64,000 bases of DNA from an uncultured delta proteobacterium (GTDB lineage Bacteria > Myxococcota_A > Polyangia > Haliangiales > Haliangiaceae): assembly GCA_963743525.1 (NCBI GenBank), contig CAVUQH010000003.1:256001-320000 (forward strand), written 5' to 3'. Each line of letters opens with the position of its first letter. The first letter of the stretch is position 1. The notes under the pieces were generated by a model, which searched no databases, was not told where the DNA came from, and saw only the letters and a program-made list of their open reading frames with translations. Positions 55,666 to 64,000 of this stretch are shown here, piece after piece. The position numbers and the translations under genes were made by a program.

Positions 55666-58412
55666 ATGAAGCGCCCCGGACGCCTGCTTTCGGTGGCAGC
55701 GCTGGGGGTGGCCACCGCCTCCCTCTCGTGCGCCCCCAAGACTCCCACCTACGCCATCCACTATGCGGAGATGCGCGCCAAGATCGACAACGGGCTGCGC
55801 ATGGTGATCATCCCCGATGACACCACGCCGATGGTCCACGTCGCCGTCCGCTACGAGGCCGGGGCCAACGAGGATCCGCCGGGCAAGGCCGGCCTGGCTC
55901 ACCTGGTCGAGCACATGATGTTCCAGCATCGCCTGCTCGGCCCGGACAAGCCGGCGACCTTCGAGCTGCTGCCGCAGATCGCCACCGGCTTCAACGCGTG
56001 GACGAACTGGGACACGACCCACTACTACGACGAGGGGCGCAAGGAAGACCTCGACAAGATGCTGCGCATCGAGGCCGCCCGCATGGGCGCCATGTGCAAC
56101 ACCATCCCCGAGCCGGAGTTCGAGCGCGAGCGCGAGGTCGTGCGCAACGAGATTCGCCAGCGCGGCGGCACCCCCGAGGGGCAGGTGCCGGGGCTGATGT
56201 TGGCCGAGGTCTACCCTCCCGGACACGCCTATCACTTCATGGTCGGTGGCAACGACCAGCAGCTGGCGTCGATCAAGTTCCAGGACGTCTGCGACTTCAT
56301 GCGCAAGTACTACACGCCGAGCCGGGCGACGGTGGTCGTGGCCGGCAACGTCGGCTCCCCCGAGGAGGTCGGCAAGAAGATCCGGGCGGCCTTCGGCGGC
56401 ATCCCGGCGCGCACGCCGGCGCCGCGCAAGACGGTCGCCCCGCTCGGCGAGCTCACCTACCAGAAAGTGGTCAAGGAAGTCGACACCGAGCGCAGCCAGG
56501 TGATCGTCATGTGGAAGCTGCCGCCGCGGTCGAGCGACGACTACGCCGCCGGCCAGACCATGGTCGGCGCGGTCAACTCGCGCCTGGCCTACTTCAACGA
56601 CCAGTACGACTTCGCCGCCAGCGTGGGCGCGGGGCCGTTCGGCGGCGAGCAGGCTCCGGTCATGGTGGTGTCCGCGGAGCTGTACAACTACAGCGACGCC
56701 GACGACGTGCTCGACTGGATCTGGAAGGTCACCAGCCAGATCCACCGCGGCTTCGAGGACGGCATGTTCTCCGAAGACGTGGCCGCCATCGGCAAGGCCG
56801 GCATCATCGGCCAGGTCGAGAGCCTGGCGTCGCGCGCCACCTTCGTCGCCGACCAGGTGCAGTTCGAGCCAAAGGTCAACTTCAGCGGCAACGAGGAGTA
56901 CCTGATCCACGCGCTGGAGCGCTACGACAAGCTCGACGGCGGCAAGTTCCGCGCGTTCATGAAGGGCGCGCTGAGCAAGAAGCACGCGAAGGTGCTGATC
57001 ATCAAGTCGAGCAAGACTGGCCTTCGCGGTGACAAGCGCGCGGCGCTGACCTACAGCACGCGCACGCACAACAAGGACATCACTCCGGTGGTCAACCCGG
57101 CCGAGGCCAAGCATCCGCTGCCCGCGCCGGAGACCGACTCGGTGCTGAAGACCGCGATCCACTACCAGCTGGGCAACGGCATGAACGTGATCCTGTTGCC
57201 GACCAACGGCATGCCGATGGTCACCGCCGGGCTGATGTTCCGCGTCGGCAGCGCGCAGGAGCCGCCCGAGAAGGCCGGCCTGGCCAGCGTCGCCGCCGGC
57301 TTCCTGCGCCCGCCGATGGGCGCCAACTTCACCCAGGTCGGCGTCGGGTTCGGCGGCTTCGCCACGCCGACACGACCACCTTCTTCGCCCGCGGCGTCAA
57401 CATCTACCTCGACGTCATCATCAAGGGGCTCGAGCGAATCATCAAAGCCGGCGAGATCTCGCAGGATGGCGTCGAGCGCTGGCAGCACTTCCAGAAACTG
57501 CAGTTCGAGAGCGCCGAGTACCGCCGCGACCAGGCCTACCAGCTGGAGATCGCCAAGGCGATCTACGGCCCCGAGCATCCGTACACCGTCACCGGCGAGC
57601 CGACCGAGTCGAGCTACAAGCGGATCGGTCGCGACGTGGCGATGGACTGGGTGCGCAAGCACTACTCGGCCAAGAACGCGACCCTGATCGTCGTCGGCAA
57701 CTTCGACGCCGAGCAGGCCAAGAAGTACATCTCCGGAAGCTTCGGCGAGTGGAGCGGCGGCCACCAGGACAAGGCGGTGGCTCCCGACGCCATGGCGCGG
57801 ACCCAGCCGGACTACGTCGGCGTGGTGATGAAGGATCCGCGCCCGCAGTTCCAGGTGGCAATCGCCTACCCGGGGCCGTCGGGCCTCGACGGGCAGGAGG
57901 CGGCGCGCGAGGTTCTCTCGGCGATGCTCAACATCCGTCTGGGCAAGATCCGGACCACGCTGGGCTCGACCTACGGCACCTACGCCCGTCGCAGCCCGGC
58001 CATCGGCCCCAGCGCCTACGTCATGGGCGGCAGCGTCAACACCGCCAAGGGCGCCGAGTCGCTGGCCGCCATGCGCGACGCCGTCGATTCTCTCCGCCGC
58101 GGCGACGACTTCGATCGCGACTTCGCCACCGCCCGGCGCATGGTGCTCAAGCGGCTGCTGGCCGAGTCAACCGATACCCTGTCGCTGTTCCGGCGCCTGG
58201 CCAACATCGCCACCTACAACCTGCAGCCGGACTTCTACGACCAGCAGGTGCGCTTCGTCGCCGCTGTGTCGCCGGCCCAGATCCGCGACCTGATCAAGAC
58301 CGAGCTGCCGCCCGAGCGCGAGACCATCGTCATCATGTCAACCCGCGACGTGCTCGAGCAGACGTTCACCGGCGCGGGCATCAACAGCGTCCGCTACGTC
58401 GAGCCCAACTAA
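55666..58412 (+). CDS. M16 family zinc metallopeptidase lipoprotein; -1 frameshift near 57364
   Basis: GLAHLVEHMMF (HxxEH), NAWT, EREVVRNE; second half LGNGMNV...YSAKNATLIVVGNF. Confidence 0.9.
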
Positions 58413-58436
58413 CCCGACCTCGCGCTAGTTACCCTG

Positions 58437-58469
58437 CGCCTCCGCGGCCCGATAGTGGTCGCGGAGGCG
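58437..58469 (+). terminator. Stem-loop after the M16 peptidase gene
   Basis: 13-bp stem CGCCTCCGCGGCC/GGTCGCGGAGGCG followed by TTT. Confidence 0.55.
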
Positions 58470-58480
58470 TTTGCACATGA

Positions 58481-58624
58481 GGGTCAGATCCAACTTTTGA
58501 AACTTACGCTTCGCAACTGACCGGATTCGTTGAGGAACCGGCTGGGGCCGCGGCGCGCGTGCGGCTGATCACGGAAAGCGGACTACTCAGCGTGATTTCA
58601 ACTGGATGCCGAGCATAAGTTTCA

Positions 58625-58642
<18 letters not shown>
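58481..58642. mobile_element. ~160-bp MITE/REPIN-like element
   Basis: 37-bp imperfect IRs at 58481-58517 and 58605-58641 beginning GGGTCAGATCCAACT (31/37 identical); lower GC than the flanks. Confidence 0.65.
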
Positions 58643-61204
<2,562 letters not shown>

Positions 61205-61206
61205 GC

Positions 61207-62589
61207 TTACTGCGGCGCCGGCGACACGAGCGAGCCTGCACCGCCGGTGGTCGACGGCGCGGTCAGGTGGATGCGACCAACGCTGCCGCCGCCGCCGCCG
61301 CCGCCGGCGACGCCGCCCGGGTTGCCGCTCTGGCCGGTGGTGGCGTCGGTCGCGGCGTCATTGAGCGCGCCGCCGTTGCCGCCGTTGCCGCCAGCGCTCT
61401 GGCTGGTGCCGCCGCCGCCGAGCGCCGGCTGGGCGTTGTCGTCGTGGCCGTTCTGGCCGTCCTGTCCGCCGAAGCTGCCGCCGCTGCGCGAGCCTTCGCC
61501 GCCGCCGCCGCCGTTGGCGGTGATCTTGCCGGGCGCGGCGATGGCCGTGCCGGCCTCGAGCAACAGGCCGCCGCCGCTGCCGCCGCCGCCGCCGCCTGCG
61601 TGCGCGGTGTTGGTGCCGCGACCGCCGCCGCCGCGCGCGGTGACGACGCCGGCCACGGTGATGGTGCCGTTGGCGACGATCTGCAGCGCGCCGCCGGCGC
61701 CGCCGCCGTTGCCGCCGTTGGTGCTGGCGCCGCCGCGGCAGCCGCCGCGCAGGGGCGACAGCGAGCTGTTGCCGTTGGCGGTTCCGCCGGCCGACGCGAT
61801 CGGACCGCCGGCCGCGCCGTCGGCTTCGGTGCCGCCGCCGCCGCCAGCGCCGAAAGCGCCGCCGCCACCGCCGGCGCTGCCCGAGCCGTCGCCGACTGTC
61901 TGCACCGCGCCGGTGTCGCCGTCGCCGTTGCCGCACAGCGACTTCAGGTAGCCGGCGCCGTCGGTCGCACCGTTGGCTCCGGCGCTGAGCGTGCCGTTGA
62001 TGGTGACGTCGCCGAACGAAACGATCACCAGCCCGCGCGAGCCGGTGACGTCGACCGTCGAGCCGCCGTCGATGGTCAGGCTGTTCACGCTGACGATCAG
62101 CAGATCGGGACCCCCGGTCTGCGAGATGACGTTGGTCAACGGCAACAGCTCGGTCGCACCGCCCAGCCGGTTGGTCAGGCTGGCGGTGTCGGTATCGAGC
62201 TGCCACGAGCCGACGCCGATCGTGCGGTCGCCGGTCGGCTCGGGCACGTCGCACGGATCGGAGATGTTGCTCGGGGTCAGGACCAGCTTGTCGCCCGGGC
62301 AGACCCGCGCGTCGGGCGGCATCGCATCGGGCGGCGGCGGAGCCGCGTCCGGCTTGCCCGGGGTGGCATCCGGCATACCCGGAGCGGCATCCGGCGTGCC
62401 CGGAGCGGCATCCGGCGTGCCCGGAGCGGCATCCGGCGTGCCGGCGGCCGCGTCGGCCCGGTTGACCGCGGCGTCCGGCCGGCCGCCTCCGCCCCCGTCG
62501 GTCTGGAAGCCGAGGCCTCCCTGGTCGAAGCTACACGCCGCGACGACACACGCGAGTAACCCGGTGGACAACAGCAGGCGGCGGCTCAC
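61207..62589 (-). CDS. Glycine-rich lipoprotein with GTPDAAP repeats
   Basis: Lipobox VAAC; PLRGGCRGG, GGGGGSGGGLLLEA, GGGGGSVGRIHL. GTG 62589 is preferred over ATG 62601, which lies within a TATGCT box. Confidence 0.8.
   Translation of the reverse strand: MSRRLLLSTGLLACVVAACSFDQGGLGFQTDGGGGGRPDAAVNRADAAAGTPDAAPGTPDAAPGTPDAAPGMPDATPGKPDAAPPPPDAMPPDARVCPGDKLVLTPSNISDPCDVPEPTGDRTIGVGSWQLDTDTASLTNRLGGATELLPLTNVISQTGGPDLLIVSVNSLTIDGGSTVDVTGSRGLVIVSFGDVTINGTLSAGANGATDGAGYLKSLCGNGDGDTGAVQTVGDGSGSAGGGGGAFGAGGGGGTEADGAAGGPIASAGGTANGNSSLSPLRGGCRGGASTNGGNGGGAGGALQIVANGTITVAGVVTARGGGGRGTNTAHAGGGGGGSGGGLLLEAGTAIAAPGKITANGGGGGEGSRSGGSFGGQDGQNGHDDNAQPALGGGGTSQSAGGNGGNGGALNDAATDATTGQSGNPGGVAGGGGGGGSVGRIHLTAPSTTGGAGSLVSPAPQ
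62369..62442 (-). repeat. 21-bp coding tandem repeat (GTPDAAP linker)
   Basis: TCCGGCGTGCCCGGAGCGGCA-type units, about 3.5 copies. Confidence 0.8.
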
Positions 62590-62659
62590 GGGCGGCAGCA
62601 TACCGCAACGGCCCGGGGGCGAATCCGTGACCGCTGCCGCATATGCGCCGGCCGCGTGC

Positions 62660-63958
62660 TCAGTTGGTGCTCGGGGCGGGGGTGACGATGGCCCCCGGAT
62701 CGATCGAGCGGGTGGCGGCGTTCAGGCGAATCCGGCCGACCCCGCCGCCGCCGCCGCCGCCGCCCGCGGGGAAGCCGAGGGACGAGCCGAGCAGAGCGTC
62801 GCCAGCGTTGGTCGATCCCGCGCCGCCGCTGCCGCCGATACCGCCCGACGACACCTGGCTGTCGCCGCCGAGCGCCGGGTTGGCGTCAACGCTGTGCCCG
62901 TCCTGCCCCGGATCTCCGTGGTAGAGGTCGCCGCCGGTGCGCGTGCCCTGTCCGCCGCCGCCGCCGTTGGCTGCGATCACACCGGTCGAGGTGACGGTGA
63001 TGGTCGCCGCTTCGAGCAGCAGCGCGCCGCCGGAGCCGCCACCCGAGCCGCCCGAGCTGGCCGCCTGGTCGCTGCCGCCACCGCCCTGATCGGCCGGAGG
63101 TTGGCCGCCGCCGCCGCGCGCGGTGACCAGGCCGCTGATGGCCAGCGTGCCGTTGGCGAACACCTGCATGCCGCCGCCACCACCACCGCCGGCGCTGCCC
63201 AGCAGGCCGCCGGCGCCGCCGCTGCAGCCGCCGCGCAGCGGCACGTTGGTCGTGTTGCCACCGGTGCTACCGCCACTGATCGGGTTGCCGCCGCCGCTGG
63301 CGCCCTCGACGTTGGAGCCCTTGCCGCCCTTGGTGCCGAAGCCGCCACCGCCGCCGCCGCTGCCGCCGGTGCCGTCGGTCATGGTCCGCTCGTCGCCGTC
63401 GGTGCCGGTGCTGCCGCCGCAGATGGGACCGCTGCCGCCGCCGGGGCCGGGTCGCGCGCCGGTGGCGCCGGCGAACAGCGCGCCGTCAACGGTGATGTCG
63501 CCGAACGACACGATCACCACCGGGCGCGAGCCGCGGAAGGCGAACAACGTGTAGGTCGCCAGCGAGGTTGCGCCGACGGTGAGCGACGACACCGAGACCA
63601 CGCGGACCATCGGACCGCCGCTGGTCTGCGCGACCACGGCGCTGGCGACCTGCACCGTCTGGCTGCCGTCGGTCAGCTCGCCGGTGTCGGTGTCGAAGGA
63701 CCAGTTGCCGTCGTCGTCGAGGACCAGCGGACCGAGCGGCGCCGGGATCTCGCACGGATCGATGTTGGAGATCGGCGTGGTCAACGGCGCGCCCGGGCAA
63801 CCGGCATCGGGGCCGGTCGGGGCAGCGTCGGGCCCGCCCGCCGCGGCATCGGGTACGACGATGCCGCCGTCGTTGCCGGCGAAGTCAACGCCCCCCTCGT
63901 CGAAGTTGCAGGCGCCGCACAGCGCGAGCGCTGCCACCAGAGTCGCGTACTCCCTCAT
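62660..63958 (-). CDS. Glycine-rich lipoprotein, tandem paralog of 61207..62589
   Basis: Lipobox LCGAC; SNIDPC.IP.P, PLRGGCSGG, GSGGALLLEA, GGGGGVGRIRL. Confidence 0.8.
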   Translation of the reverse strand: MREYATLVAALALCGACNFDEGGVDFAGNDGGIVVPDAAAGGPDAAPTGPDAGCPGAPLTTPISNIDPCEIPAPLGPLVLDDDGNWSFDTDTGELTDGSQTVQVASAVVAQTSGGPMVRVVSVSSLTVGATSLATYTLFAFRGSRPVVIVSFGDITVDGALFAGATGARPGPGGGSGPICGGSTGTDGDERTMTDGTGGSGGGGGGFGTKGGKGSNVEGASGGGNPISGGSTGGNTTNVPLRGGCSGGAGGLLGSAGGGGGGGMQVFANGTLAISGLVTARGGGGQPPADQGGGGSDQAASSGGSGGGSGGALLLEAATITVTSTGVIAANGGGGGQGTRTGGDLYHGDPGQDGHSVDANPALGGDSQVSSGGIGGSGGAGSTNAGDALLGSSLGFPAGGGGGGGGVGRIRLNAATRSIDPGAIVTPAPSTN

Positions 63959-64000
63959 GAACGGCGCCCAGCATACCCCACCGCCGCCGCCGCCCGGGCA

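Overview
High-GC (about 70% or more by eye), gene-dense bacterial chromosomal segment, most likely from a Myxococcota genome (Haliangium/Kofleriaceae-like). This rests on a myxobacterial-type ECF sigma factor, three Hanks-type Ser/Thr kinases, PEGA and FG-GAP proteins, a MYXO-CTERM-like tail and PDAA-repeat lipoproteins. Housekeeping content: a ClpX-like ATPase followed by murA and hisG; a 2-oxoacid (probably branched-chain) dehydrogenase operon with two E1-alpha genes, lpdA and lipB; a MetE-like enzyme and grpE; acyl-CoA metabolism (acyl-CoA synthetase, hbd, mce, RamB/ScfR regulator, thiolase); queC; a POT peptide transporter; M16 and M1 peptidases. Six otherwise intact genes each carry one single-base frameshift, probably assembly indels. 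Most notable: (i) a four-helix-bundle (IVP/Avd-like) gene preceded by a multi-hairpin leader and a ~515-bp polar hexamer microsatellite; (ii) a split, degenerate copper-amine-oxidase-like gene pair, one partner carrying a histone-H1-like Lys/Ala tail; (iii) two transposase-less inverted-repeat elements between convergent genes, one carrying a decayed cargo gene; (iv) TAnnnT boxes 6-8 nt before many start codons, suggesting leaderless mRNAs; (v) a PHM/DBH-like copper monooxygenase lipoprotein amid peptide-processing genes. No rRNA, tRNA or CRISPR array was seen. All family assignments come from motif recognition by eye, not database searches.
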